Positions 27,461 to 42,891 of a stretch of 64,000 bases of DNA are shown piece by piece (the stretch's first letter is position 1; each line of letters begins with the position of its first letter). Both the position numbers and the translations under genes were made by a program. A model generated the notes under the pieces. It did not search any database and was not told the origin of the DNA. It saw only the letters and a list, made by a program, of their open reading frames with translations. This stretch comes from Lama guanicoe (Eukaryota), in assembly GCA_013239625.1 (NCBI GenBank), contig MU053881.1:15306373-15370372 (forward strand). The letters run 5' to 3'.

Positions 27461-30400
27461 TCCAGTCTTCTTCCTTAATTTCAAGAAACTGGCCTCAGCC
27501 CCTCAACAAGAAGAGAAACCAAAAGCACTGGCCTAGTTCCTACACCACGGCCTCGAGCTTTCTGCCCTTCTGGGGGTCTGTCCTCAGGAACTGGCACCCC
27601 CATCAGCTGACTAGTGCTGGCTTCCTTAAGTTTAGGTGGTTCTCTAGGCCTGGGCCTCCTCCCCTTGGAGTTTGCTCCTGTACCTGGCTGGTCAAGGCGG
27701 CTCATATGCCCAGGTGTGACTCAGCCTGGGGCCAGCTCCACTGGGCCAGCCTGGGTGGCCCTGCTGTCTCAACCTGGGACCAAGAGTCCATTTCAGAGAC
27801 TTTGCTGCAGCCAGCAGCCTCAAGCAGCAGCCCCACAACGTGGTAGTGGGTGGGAGGGAGTCTATTGCTTTCCTGTGTCATCTCTGCCTGCACACACCTC
27901 CGCACTGATTCCTCCTCCACTGGGCCTCTAAGAGCAGCTCCATGGAGCAGCTCTACCCTGAGCCTGCCGCCTTTCACCTCCTCCAGGTGGGCTTGATGGC
28001 AGTTGCCCTCCCCACCCATCCAGCTGGACCCTGGGATCTACAACATGTGTGTCCCTAGTGGCTCAGCACGTGACATGGTGTCCTCTGATGTCCCTCTGTG
28101 GACAAAGAGCTACTTGACCTCTGAGGGGTACTGAAGATGGTCCAATATCCACTCAGATGACCTCACTGGGAGAAGCTACCCATCACAACGGGAGCAGAAG
28201 GCCGGTGGGAGGCATGGAGGAACTGGGGCCACAACCCCATCCCAGGCACTGGAGACTCAGTTGTGAATGAGGCAGAGAACCCCCACTATGGTGGCCCTTA
28301 GCTTCTGCAGTGGTGATCTGGCAAAAAACAAGCTGAATGCATAAATTCAGAGAAGAAACCAAGGATGGGGAAGAGAGCCGGCCTGGGCAAGCTAGGGGGT
28401 AACATTTGAGAAAAGGGCTTGAGGGAGGCAAGGGAGCCAGTCATCTGGGGGAAGAGAGTTTGTGACAGGGGAATGTCTTGTGCAAAGGCCCTGTGCAGAG
28501 TGGAGACAGGAACAAAGCGAGGAGTCAGGAAATGGGGTGGGGGCAGGCCCTGAGTGAGATGGTAAGCCACAGAAGATTCTGGAACAGACTAAGGCAAGGG
28601 TGGAAGCCAAGAGACAGGAGGCAGTGCTGGGGGCTCAGCCCAAGCTAGAGGCTGCGGAGGTGAGAGAAGGGGCAGGGGTGCCGTGAGCGCCCAGGCAGAC
28701 AGGCTTGTTGTTCTGCAGGAAGTTCAGGAGGCTGGGATGGGGCCTTTCCACAGAGCAGAAGGAGAACATGGTCAAACCAATTCCCTGAAGGACGAGAAGC
28801 CACTGGCCTCGGGAACAGAGCAGGGAACGACAGCAAATGCAAAGCCTTTGAGCTTCTGTGGCTGGCTAGGGGAGGGCAGAGAGGGCCATCAGACCCAGGG
28901 GCATGTGTGATCCTAACAATAGCCTGGCACGTGCCAGGCAGCTCCCACCTGCAGACACAGAGAGGGTGAGTAACCCACCCCAGGACACACAGCTCCAGAG
29001 CCTTCTCAGAGCTCCTCCTTCCGTCATCTCCTTGAACATGGAGGATCCATTTACCTTCTCTCAGTTCCATTGTGTCAGGTGTAGAATCAGGAGCTAGGGC
29101 CGGAAGGGGAAGCGGGAGGCAGATGAAGTCGGCACCTGCTCTAAAATTTACTCCCCAGCCTCAGCTGAGGGACAGGGTTCGAAGCACAGAGAGTGCTAGC
29201 AAATTTAACCCCACTGTGCCTCAGTTTCCTCACTGGTCAGCCGGAATAACAGGGGACTCCGCCTTACAGGGGTTGTTGGGAGGACGACATGAAGGCCCGA
29301 GGGTCAGTATGCATACAGCCAATGCGCCACATATGTTTGAAAACACCTAGGAAAGGTGCTTTACCCAGCACCTATGGAGTGTCTGAAACCTCACCTGGGG
29401 CCCTCTTTATCTCCCTAAGCCATGGGGTCCAAGTGATTGGTTCACTGTTTGTGGGGACCCGGGTGGCAGTGCCACATAGCAGGCAGCGGCCAGGCCACTG
29501 TTCTCTGTGCCCTGGAGGCTGGCATCCAATACCTGGCCCAAATCAGTGAATGGTCACCTTACAGGCCCCAGGTCCTGCCCTGAGAGCCCCCTCCTGGTTT
29601 GGGCCCAGCCACCTTGTGGTGACTCACCCCGACCCCGCCTCCACTGGAATCAGGCACCGAAATAGTCACCCAGCTCACTCCCGGGAGTGGCCGTGGAAAT
29701 ATTTCAGGGCTGCATTCAGCGCCTAAAAATACTTGGCACAACCTCATGCATCTTCCCCTCCCTCATTCCCTTCTCTGTTCCTTTGAAAACAGTCCCTGGA
29801 ATCACCCCAGGGGCCTGTCCCTCCACACTGCACCCCTCCAGCATGTTAGGCATCCCTGGCAAGCAGGGCGGTGGGATGTCCCCAAATGCCCAAGTCCATG
29901 TGGAGGGTGGCGAGGTGGCCTCCCTCCCTTCCTCTCTGTTGCCATGGAGAGACTCAGATGAGTTTCCCCAGAACTCTCTGGAAGGGCAAAGCCTTTCCAC
30001 AATCCCCAGAAGTCTTGGTTCCTGGAGGGGGAGGCCAGGGCGCAGCAACGTTGTCCAGGGAGATCTTCATTATTCAGCAGTTTTCCTTAAAAATTAGAAA
30101 ATGGTTCTTACCATTAGTGCTCATGAGGCTGCCAGAAGCAGGCCCCTAGGACAGGGGCCCTAGCTGGACTGAATTCCGTTGGCTCCACTGCCCACTTGCT
30201 TTTGGACCCCACATAGGTTGCAGGTCCTTCTCCTCCCCAAGGGGAGCAGACTTTCCCCTCCAAGGTACCCAAATATCCTTGATGTCATCCCAAACACTCA
30301 GCCTCCCAGGCACACTCCGTCCTAATCACCAAGCCCCTTGACCTTTCTGGTGGCTGCAGGAAGGTGGAAGGAGCAATTGGAGTCAGGCTGTTGCTTGGCC

Positions 30401-30584
30401 CACTGGGGTCTGATCCAGCTTCTCAGTCCCCTGAAGCCTCCAGCTAGAGGGAACAGCTGGTGCAAAGGCCCTGGGGAAGATGAGTGCTGGGTGTCTTGGA
30501 GATGCAGCAAGTTGACCCTTATTGACTAAAGTCTACTCTTTATTCAGATTTCCTTAGTTTTTATCTAATGTCCTTTAAAAAAAA

Positions 30585-30930
30585 TTAAGGTAACATTCTC
30601 TAATGTAAAATCTACCATTTTAAAGTGAGCAAGTCAGTGACATTTAGTACATTCATGATCATCTCAAAAAGAAACCCCATACCCATTCCCCCTTCCTCAG
30701 TCACTGGCAACTACTAATCTGCTTTCTGTCTCTGTGGACTTGCCTATTCTGGGCATTTTATATAAATGGGATCATACACTATGTGGTCTTTTGGGTCTGG
30801 CTTCTTTCACTCAACATAGTATTTTTAAGGTTCATACAAGTTGTAGTGTGTATCAGTACCTCATTCCTTTCCTTGGCTAAATAATAGTCTATTGGAGGAT
30901 GAATCACATTTTGTTTATCCTTCATGGACA
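30585..30930 (-). mobile_element. Old L1M-type 3' fragment
   Basis: ctggcaactactaatctgctttctgtctctgtggacttgcctattctg...ctggcttctttcactc. Confidence 0.7.
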
Positions 30931-33839
30931 TCTGAACTGTTTGTTGAGCATTTACTCTGTGTCAGGTACAGTTCTAAGCACTTAATACCCATCGCCCGAC
31001 TACAAGGTCAACTATGAACAACACACCCATTTGCCCATTTCACAGTTGGGGAAATGAAGGCACCGACAGGCAGGCCACTGAAGCAACCACAAGTTATCTT
31101 TCAGGTCTATATTCTCTGGAAGATGGGGACAGAGAGATAATAAGGCAACCAAGAATTAAACAAGGTACTCAGTGAAGACCCTAAGGATCTTCCAGGCAGG
31201 GAGAGCAGCATGTGCAAAGGCCCTGAGGTGGGAATGAGCTAGTGTGTTAGAGGGAAAATGCAGAGGCTGGTGTGGTTGGAGTGGAATAAGTGAGGAGGGA
31301 GGTAGGTGGTGGGCGCAGCTTCAGGAGCCTGAGGGATGTGCAGAAGGGTTTGGGCGGTACTGTGAGTTGGGGGGGGGGTAGAGAGAGAGAGAGAGGGAGG
31401 GAGAGAGAGAGAGAGAGGGACTGAAACAGATGCAGGAAGAGAGAGGAGGAGAGACCGGGAGCAGGAAGGAGAGAAGGAGCTTTGGCATCTGGAGGGCTGG
31501 GCCCAAGTGGCTAGGGGTCTTTCACCTGCATCCTCCCAGCCCAGACCCCTCTGTGATACCCTGACTTCATGGGCAGGAGGTAACGGCTCTGTGCTGAAAA
31601 CAATGTGGACACACAGAGGGTGGTCCATAAGTGTTGGGTGGATGAACAGAGGGATGGACAGACGGTGGATGGATGGATGGACAGACAGACAGACAAATGG
31701 ACAGGACAGAGGGAGGGAGGAAGACATGATACCCAGGTCAGTGCAGTGTGAACATCGTCTCCCACCTTCCAGCAGGTGATTGGATGGGAGTCAGTGGAGG
31801 AACTTATACAGCTGCCCTGGGACCTCATCCACTTCTCTCAAGTCTCAGAAGATGAATAGCGTGAAGTGGAGGCTACAGGATGGGGGTTGGGCAGGGTGCC
31901 GTGAGTGCAGAGGCGGCCCGGCCCCGGCGGGTACCAGATGCTGCTACCTGCCTCTGCCTCTGAGTCAGCGTTGCCTTGGCAACTCAGGCCCTGCCGGATG
32001 CTCCTCCCGGCACATCCCCCATTACTGCAGCCACCTTCACTGCCGCCTCCTCACAGGGGGCAGGGGCAGAGGGGGCAGCTATTTTTATCCAGACTGTGGG
32101 CAGAGCTCAAGGACCCTGATGCCCACCTTCTCCCATTTCCGTCAGCTTGTCTCCTGAGCCACCCTATCCCTGCAGAGCTTGCAGCCAAACCTGGGGTGAG
32201 GAGGTTGAGTGAGGGGCCCAGTGGGGTTGGAGAGCCAGTTGTCCGAGGGTCTCTCGGCTCTGTTTGGGAGGGGGGTTGGAGAGTGTCTCGTGAGGTTGGC
32301 CCTGGTGAGGGACATCATGGGCAAAGGTTGGGTGGCAGGATGGCAGCAGTGGTCAGAGAGCTGAGGGGTAACTGGGAGATGAGCTGAATCAGTGCGCCAC
32401 AGAGGGTGTGAGGAGGCCAGGGTGGCACTCACAGAAGGAAGAAGATGGGTCCCTATGACCCTGGGCAGCTCCTATGCCCCCTGAACCTCCCCTGCATCCC
32501 CTGGAACATGGCACTGGTGGGGAAATGGAGGCAGGGAAGGTAGTCATGGGATCTACTTGGGCTGGCAAGGACTCCAACTACCCCCAACTGCAACTGCTGA
32601 CAAAATAGATAATCTTGTGATCTCCCACACCCTGACCTTCTCCCATCTCCCCTTTCCTCGCCCCCACTCCAGGCCTCTTCCGTGATTCTCTTCCAATACA
32701 TTTTGCATTCCTACCTCAGGGCCTTTGCATATGCTAATCCAGCTTTCAGGAACATCCTTCCTTGGTGCTCCCTCAGGGTATTCCCTTTGTCTGCAGGTGT
32801 CAAGGTCTCTCTGTACTCTCTACTCCCCTTCTGAGATGTCTTCACAGCTCTTGTCACTGCCAGATATTATATGACTTTTCTTTTTTCAGTTATTGCCACC
32901 TTTAAAATGTGGGTCCTGCTCAGCCTCAGTTTAACACAGCTCAATAATGGCAGTAGCCAGTGTGCCAAGAGATGGGGGAGCCAGTGTGCCAAGAGATGGG
33001 GGAGCCAGGCAGGGAAATATGGGTGTCTGGGTCCTCTCCACATGACTCAGAGCTGCATGGGCAGGGTGGAGACTTGGGAGTGACCTACAGCTACCTGGGC
33101 AGGGTTGACCTTCAGTTCAGGCCACAAAGTCCTGTCAGAGGTCAGTGAGCAGTGGGTGAGCCAGGCCAGGGCCAGGAGCCACCACCAGAGATCCCTCCCC
33201 GTTGTCCTCCTGGACTGCTGGGGCCTCCAGCTCCCAAGATAGCCTGTGAGTTCCCTAATAACTCACATACTGAACATCCCCAGGGCCACTGTGTCCCCGC
33301 TGGCCCCAACTGTGCTGCCCTAGGGGATAGTCACTCTACTTTCCTTGTGCAGATTTATAGGGTCATCTCTTCATGCCAGAGACAGAAGATTGGTTCCAGT
33401 CCCCAGCCAAGACCTGTGGATCTTAGTGAAAAATGGGGCTTGATTTAAAAACAATCATGTGTCTCTTCCTGTTTCCCTGTTGTCTCCTGTCTTCTCCAGC
33501 TGGTTTCTCTTCCCACCTCCTTTCTCTCCGTTCTCTAGCCGTCCCAGTCTTGCTCCACAAGACTTTCCCTCCCTCCCTCAGGCTATCTCTCCCTCCATCT
33601 CAGCCTTTCTCCCTTTGTTTATCTCGCAGGCACTCTAATTCCCTTTCTCCTCCCATTATTTCTCCCCTCCAGCCCCCCTATTAGGAGGCCCTGATGAATC
33701 CGGCCTTGCCCAGAACCTGGGGACAGGCCCCTTAGCCTCGATCTACCCATTCATCAAATGGGCTGATCCTAGGCCATGAAGTCCTGGGAGGAGGGGAGTT
33801 CGGAAGTGTCAATTTCCTCTCCCCTGCTCCAGTCTGCAC

Positions 33840-35410
33840 TCCGGGGCCAGGCCGGGAAGGGGTTAACCGCGTGCCGTCCCCTTCCCCCCAGCCCTGCATT
33901 TAATTAGCGGCCCCGCGGGCAGACTAGCCTGGCTGGGAGGAGGGGAGGAGTTGGGAGGGGGGTAGGAGGAGGTGGTGGGGAGGCGGGGGAGAAGTGGAGG
34001 GGAGGAGCAGAAATGGAGGGAGAGGGACGATTAGGGGCTGGAGGTAAAGAGAGGGGCGGGGAGCCAGCCGGGGGATTCGAATCCCGCCTGGCTAGTGTCC
34101 CCAACTCGTACCTCCGGGCTCTCGGTTCCCTTCCCCGACCCTGGGGATGGGAATCCCCTCCCAACCCTCTCCCGAAGGCCGAGCCCAGCGCCCGCAGTAA
34201 AGGTCAGCTCTCTCCCCAGAGTCCGGTAGAAGAAACTGAGGCCCATGTAGAGGTGGCGACTAACTAGGACATTTATTTAGGAGTTTTGTCTGCGTGCTGG
34301 CGAGAAAAACGAGAACACCAGTTAGTCCCAGCCAGGCCACCCCAGGGGCGGTCTCTGCCCGTAGGAGGGGGTGACGGTGTGGGTCGGGGAAGCCGGGGAG
34401 GCTGGGTCCGAGGGGCCATGACCTGGAGCCCAGAGGCCTTGGGGTGTTCTAGGTAGGCCACGCCCCTTCCTATGCCTCAGTTTCCCCATCTTTGCGTAGC
34501 GTCAAGGAAACTGGAAGGCGGACCCTCCCCACCACCACACCCACGGTCTCCGGCGCGACGTGGGGCGCGGGCCGGGAGGCCGAAGCATCAGCCTCCACGC
34601 CGCTCCGCCTCGCCTTGACGTCGGTGTTGACGCCACCGGCCCCCCTAGCCACAGAGTCAGGCCGCTGCGCAGGGTTAACTCTTGCGCTGCCGCCGGCCCA
34701 CTGAGACCCCCAATAACATTTCTCCTCTCCACCCCCGTCACAGAAGAGGCCAGGCTGCGGGGACCGACGTAGGACATGTCCTGGGCAGACCCAGCCGCCA
34801 GGAAAGGCGGGAGGCCCCGACCAGTCTCCAAGCTTTTACCAGAGCCTGGAATGCGCCTCCCTCCCCAATCCAAGTCCCTGTTTACTGCGACACCCCTCCC
34901 TCCGGCCCGGCCCTGACCCCTCCAGGGCTGGGCGTGTCCTTGTCCGGATCGGTCTCCCCGCCCCGGGCCGGAGACCCGGGGCGAGGTCCTCTCAACCAGC
35001 AATTTACTGCTTCAAGGTCGACTTTCTTACCCCTATTTTTAAGATGAGAACCGTCGAAGCCCAGAGAATTTAGGGGTCACCCAGGGCGGGGCTGTGCAGC
35101 CCTGGCCGAGCCCCAACTCTTGCGGCTCCCCGGCCCCCACCCCTGTTGGGGGGGGGGCGATTCTTACGGCGGAGGCGGGGAGCCTGCAGGCCCTCCCCTG
35201 CCCCAGGGGAAGTGAGAATGGGGGGGCCCTCCCCCGCATCCTCACCACTTCCTCCCGAGGAGAGGCGGAGGCGGGGGCAGGGGTAAGGGTGGGAGGCGAC
35301 AGGCAGGAGAGTACCTAGGAGAGGCCTCAGGTTCAGAGTGGGTCTCCCTGCCCCCACGCCCGAGAGGGGCAGGACTGGCATTTATATGTGTCGCGTACCG
35401 GGGCCCCTCA
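33840..35410. promoter_or_regulatory. Intergenic CpG island ~6-7 kb upstream of JUND (candidate enhancer or lncRNA promoter)
   Basis: CpG-dense with several CRE-like TGACG/GACGT motifs (34550-34770) and G-tracts; no homologous-looking ORF. Confidence 0.55.
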
Positions 35411-38400
35411 GATTTGCTCCTTCCTTGGGGCCTCTTCCAAACCGGCTCGGACTCCCCTTGTTTCTCCCCACCCGGTCTGCCTCCTCCTTGCTCCCTCCGC
35501 AGCCTGCCTCACCCCTATTCCTTCTGCTCCCCTACACGGGCCTAGACCCCGTAGGGCTGCCGACCAGGTGCTGGCCCACAAAGCTCCCCGAAGGCCAGAA
35601 GTCCAGTCCCATCTCCTGTCTGCACCAGCCCACCTCCCTGAGCCCAGCCCTCCCTTCCCTTTACCCCGCCCCACCCGAGTCTGCCTGTAGAGATTCACCT
35701 GGATTCCAGCCTGCCCTCCAGAGATTGGAGCCATGCGTTGTTCAGAGCCTTAGTTTGTCCACGCGAAAAATGAGGACGAGTATTCCTTCCTCCCATGCTG
35801 CTGCGAGGCTTTTAAGGAACAGTGTTGAGAGTGGGGTTCCCATCTTGACATTGTAGAAGCATCTGCTCATTACTTCACTAACTCATCCATTCCAGCATCC
35901 ATTTATTCGTTTAGTTATTTAATGTATCCATTGATTTACACATCCCCCGTTCCCCAATCCCAGGCAGCCTGGGAAGGACGTCAGGGGCCCAGAGGACCGT
36001 GGGTGGGGACAACCCCAAGGTCTTGAGGCAGAAGTAAGAGCTTTCACGTAGCCAACGTGAAGCCTCCCCAGAGAGGCCCCTGGGGTCCCATCCCCAAGAG
36101 GAAGCTGTCTCTCACCCCTGCCTCCATCTGTTCCCCAAAATGGGTCAGTATCTCCCCGGGCCTTGGGGATCTGGGCTGATACAGGCAAACCCCACACATA
36201 GTAGGTACTACATAGTAGGTACTCATCACCAAGGCTGTGCACATTATTGAGCTCCTACTGTGTGCTGGGGCCCTCGGAGACAGGAAAGTGGTATGGGTTC
36301 CCGTGGCCCCTCCTGCCACCTGTGTGCACATGCCCCATTCTTCTTGGCTTGGCTGGGGGCCTTTAATGCTTTGTGGATACTGGAACATTCACTGTCCAGG
36401 ACTGGCCCAGAGTGTCCCTGAGGAGGGAATGCCTGGGTTTTGCTCTTATTTCATCGTTTTTTGGTTTCCTTCTATTAATGGCAAGAGAAACTGGTTTTCC
36501 ATTCCTGGTGGTGACTGGAAGCTTCCCTTTTGAAATATATTTACTGAAGTAAAAACAGAAAAGGGGTCGACTGAAAGGAAAAATTATGACATTGACCTAA
36601 AGTGGGTTTCTATATTCTGGTGGTTACTTCCCATACACCATAAGTCATGTCAGTTCAGAGGTGATGAGAGATGGCCCAAAACCCTCACCCAGCTCACAGG
36701 CCTGGGCACATAGCAGGTGCTCAATAGAGGGTGGTGGAATGGATGAACGATGGGCCAAAAGTAAAGGAAAAACAAATCAACTTCTGAAGTTGGTCTAGTG
36801 AAATCGAATGACCCACCGTCTGACCCTCAAATCTTCTGTATCCAACATCGGCCTATAAAAAGGGCCTAACCTGGGCCTGGGTATACAGCAAGTGTACATA
36901 AAATGTACCCTGGATGAATGCAGGGGCCCTGCTTGTCCTGGGGGGTGGGAGGCAGGGTGGTAGGCAAAGTTGTTTTCTCCTTACGCTATCGCCCTCCACG
37001 GCTCACTCGGGACGATCGGTCCCAGCGTCTCTCTTGGACCTGTGGGACATCATAACTTCGGGGAGCATTAACAGGGCCACGGATCATAAAGCAGACTCTG
37101 CCAGGTGTCAGTCTGGTGCTGAAGGTATCTGTTTCCTGGTCTGTAAAGGGGTCTCGTGATACTAGACAGACCCGATGCCAGCCCAGAGGGCAGAGGCTGG
37201 GTTCCCTCCCAGCGCTGGACAAACACCTGCACCGGACAGGGGAGGTGACTGGGGTTCCTGCTCCAGGCAAGGGCGGAAGCGGGGCAGAAGGGAAGGGGAG
37301 GGGCCGCCGCCTGCGCCAGTAACCTGATCCTCAGGAATGCGCTGGGGCCAGACGCGCCCCCAACCCGCGGCCGGCACCCTTCCCCCGGCCGCCCCAGGGG
37401 GTCCTGCCGGCGGGCGGGCCGCCCCAGCAAGCCCCACCTCCACCAGCCCATGCGTCCTAAGCGCCCGGGGACTGTCCCCACAAGCCCAACCCAGCCCCTC
37501 CAGTGTTCTGAGCGCCAGCGAACCATTCCTGGCCAGGCCCTCTGCCCCAGGACCGCGCTGCTTTCACTCCTGCTTCTTGCTTAGCTTTTTTTCTTTGGGC
37601 CTTTCCATTTTATCAAGTAGATTTTAGTCTCTAGGTCTTAAATAAAGGCTAAACATTAAACCAAATTGCAGGCTGCTTTACACAAGAAAGCAAATCTTTT
37701 CATGCTGGGGAGAAGCCAGAACCGCGGAGATTTGAACACTGGCGCCGGGCATCAGGCTCAGCCTCCATTTGGAAGGCAGGGGTGGGAATGGGACTGAGTT
37801 CTCTTCAGGCCTAGGCTGTGTGACCCAGGGCAGGTGGCACACCCTCTCTGGATGCCACTCTGGGAAGTGGGATGTCCCAAGAGTTGGGGAACTGCAGGGA
37901 GAATAAAGGCAAAAATGACTGCTGACCTAGCCCTAATTACCATCTCCCTCAATCCCATCTGCCACTTCCACTGCCATTAAGACAAACACCACCTAGGTTT
38001 CCACGGAGATACCTCCACTGCTACCCTTGCCTTCCTTCTCTCCGCCTGGCTCAGTGAATCCAGTCCCACTTGCCTCTCTACCCTCCATCAATGTAGCCAG
38101 CTGGTTTTTGACCCTGGGCCTTTGCATTTGCTGTTTTCACTGGGACCCTGTGCCCTTCTATTATCTCATGATTTACTCCAGCTCCTCCTTTATTCAGCAT
38201 CACCTCCTCGGGTGCCCCTCCCAGATTACCCAACTCTAAAACACATCCCCCCTTAATTCTCCATGAAGGAGGTATCTTTCATTCTCTTTGAAGCTGTGCT
38301 TGTCAGGTTCTTCCTTTACCCTGTATACTTAGAGGGTGTGGGTGTTTGTGTCATTCATGTGTGTCCCTATCACTAGGCTCACAGTAGGTGCTCAATCAAC

Positions 38401-40497
38401 ATATGTGGAATGAATGAATGCATGGGAATTATTCCTAGTTCATTGCATGGGGCTGGTTGATGAATTTTGGGCCCCCCTTGACCTGCTTGAGGAGTCCCCA
38501 GTCTGGGAGGACTGCACTGGACACAGCTGCCTCTCAGTTCTGCAGGGTCAGGGCTGGTCCAAATGGAGGAGCAGGACTGGGGTGTCCCAGAGGGAGGAAG
38601 GAGAGGATGAGGAAGGGCATTCATTGGGTCACAGGGAACAGCAAGTACACAGCAGAGTAGTCTGAGAGGGGTAGGCTTTGGAGAGTAAGGATGGCAGAGG
38701 CTGCCAGGATAGCCCTCCACACTTAGAGGCCAAGATAGGTCCTCCTCACCCAGCCCCAAGGACTCTCCTTCCCCTGCCTGGGGCAGATAGAATCAGACCG
38801 ATAGTGGACAGAGCTCAGCCAGAGGGGGACTGGGGGAGTCCCTGGAGGCATGGTTAAGGAGGGCTTCCTGGAGGAGGGAACACTGGAGGTGGGTTTGGAA
38901 GGACGAACAGGAGTTTGTCAGGAGGCTAAGGAAGGGCACTCCAGGCTAAGGGAGCTCCAAAACAAAGAACTGCAGTTAAGTCTGGCCAAAAATTAATAAA
39001 GCAACACAATTATAGAAAACATTACTGAGCCCTTACTATTTATTCAAATTGTCCATAAACAGACTCAGAGAGGTAACAAGCCTTGGCCTCCCTGTGCTTC
39101 CATTTCCCAAAGTCTGTCTGCTGGTCAACCTCTCAGCTTAGGCTGGCCCTGCCCACAGTTTACCAGACCATTCACCTACCTATTAATGATAAGCTTCAAG
39201 GTTAGGGTGGAGTCTCCCTAGTCCACCCACTCACCTTCCTGCCTTGGAGAGAACCATGGCCCCATCTGTTCCAATTGAGCCTCAATGCCCAGGCCCAGAA
39301 GGGGTCCCAGGGCAGGGCTGGCTACAGGTTGGGGGTTACATCCCCTCCCATCAGGCAGGGACCCAAGAAGACAGGTCTGGATGGCACAGAGACCCACATG
39401 TTTATAAACACGCAGATACATACATATGCACATGTATATAGATACTCACACATACACAGGTACACAAATCCACACCAGCACAGACACCCACCCTATGTGT
39501 GAACACACTTGGGTACACTGACCCACACATGAACAGACACACTTGGGCACAGACATTTATGTACATAGACACACATGCGTACCCTTCACCCTCTGCCTGC
39601 CAGGCCAGGCCTCTTGTTCATGGTGACACCCTCCCTCATGGCCTTCTTGCTCCACAGCCCAGTTAGGGGGCAACACCAGGTGAGGCCCAAGACGGGTAAG
39701 AGCCCAGCTCTCCAGGGACTTATGGTCCATCCTATCATTCTGGATGGTTCTAAGGCTATAATGGAAACAAGGTGAGTGGGCGGGGCCGCAGGACACAAGT
39801 TAGCACTGGGGGAAGGGAGCACCAGGCTGAAAGCAGAGCATCTGTCAGGGCCCTGAGGCAGCAATGAGTTGGGAAGACAAAACTAAAAAGAGGATGAGGG
39901 TAAAAGGTTAGAGGGGGAGCACCAGAAGAAGGCGGTCACCAACTGGCTGAGGACTGAGCTCCATCTTGAATGTGGTGGGAGCCACGGAGGGATTGTGTGC
40001 AAGGGCGGTAGGTCAGGTTTAGATGTTCCAAGGATCTCTTGGAGTGTAGGGAAGGACTCCTCCCACTTCCCTCATAGCTCATCCCCAGCCAGCCTTTATG
40101 GAGGCCAATTAAGCCTGACCTAATAGTAATAAACAGGTAATAATTACCAGCTGGGATTCCTGCCTTAATAGCCCAGTCCAGAAGTCACCGGGGGATCCAC
40201 GGCAGGGCCTGGGAGATACAGAGTTAAAACGTAGGCGGCCGCCCAGCCCAGTGGAATGGACAGGTCCATGCTCCTGGCCCCGGGCACAGGTCACTCCACC
40301 TCGCAGAGCCTCAATTTCCCGTCAGTAAAGTCAGGAAGTTGGACTCTGCGCTTTAGACCCCACCCAGTGAAAAGTAGCAGGCCAAAGCGCTTCTAGCAAC
40401 TTCTGGCAGCCCTACTGTTCCCTCCCCTGGCCTTTCTGGGGCAAACACACCACCGGGGATTGGGATGCGCGTGGGGGTGAGGTGGAGAAAAACCTAG

Positions 40498-42261
<1,764 letters not shown>

Positions 42262-42885
42262 GCCCGCGCACGGGGCGCATGCGCGGCCCCCTCCCTGAGA
42301 GGCGGGCTCGCGGTGGGGGGGCCTGGGCGCCTCAGACTCAGAGAGGGCGCGGCCCCGGGGCACCCCCCGGAGGGTGCCAGGACTCGGAGAGGGCGCCTCA
42401 GACTCGACAAGCTGGACCCCCTTCTCCCGGGGGTGAGCGCATGACCCCCCTTCCCCCGCCCTCGCGCTGCCTCTGTCTCCGGCGCGCGGCCACCCCGTGT
42501 TGCACAAATCCGCGCGTCCTGGCCGCCCCTTTGTACACACCACCGTGGAAGGGGGCTCCGAGGGGGCGCAGCCTCAAGCCCTGCGTTTCCTTTTCTTTTA
42601 CTTTTTTTTTTTTTTTGGACTTTGGAAGAGAGAACAGAGTGTTCGATTCTGCCCTATTTATGTTTCTACTTGGGAACAAACGTTGGTTGTGTGTGTGTGT
42701 GTGTTTTCTTGTGTTGGTTTTTTAAAGAAATGGGAAGAAGAAAAAAAAAAAACTCCCTCCTCCCCTTTCCTCGCTCTTGCTACCCCCTCCTCCCGCCCTT
42801 TTTCTTCTGTTTTGTTTTTTGTTTTGTTTTGCTACGAGTCCACATTCCTGTTTGTAATCCTTGGTTCGCCCGGTGTTCTGTTTTC

Positions 42886-42891
42886 AGTAAA
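42886..42891 (+). terminator. JUND: Probable JUND variant poly(A) signal AGTAAA
   Basis: No AATAAA seen in the U-rich 3'UTR. AGTAAA is a known variant hexamer, ~625 nt after the stop. Confidence 0.6.

Noticed and set aside
32955..33008. 24-bp perfect tandem duplication (agccagtgtgccaagagatggggg x2)
   Set aside because: Real, but an ordinary slippage duplication with no functional context.
27717..33049. Several AP-1 sites (27717, 29620, 31961, 33043) suggesting JUND autoregulation
   Set aside because: A 7-mer with two variants is expected about 8 times in 64 kb by chance; enrichment cannot be shown by eye.
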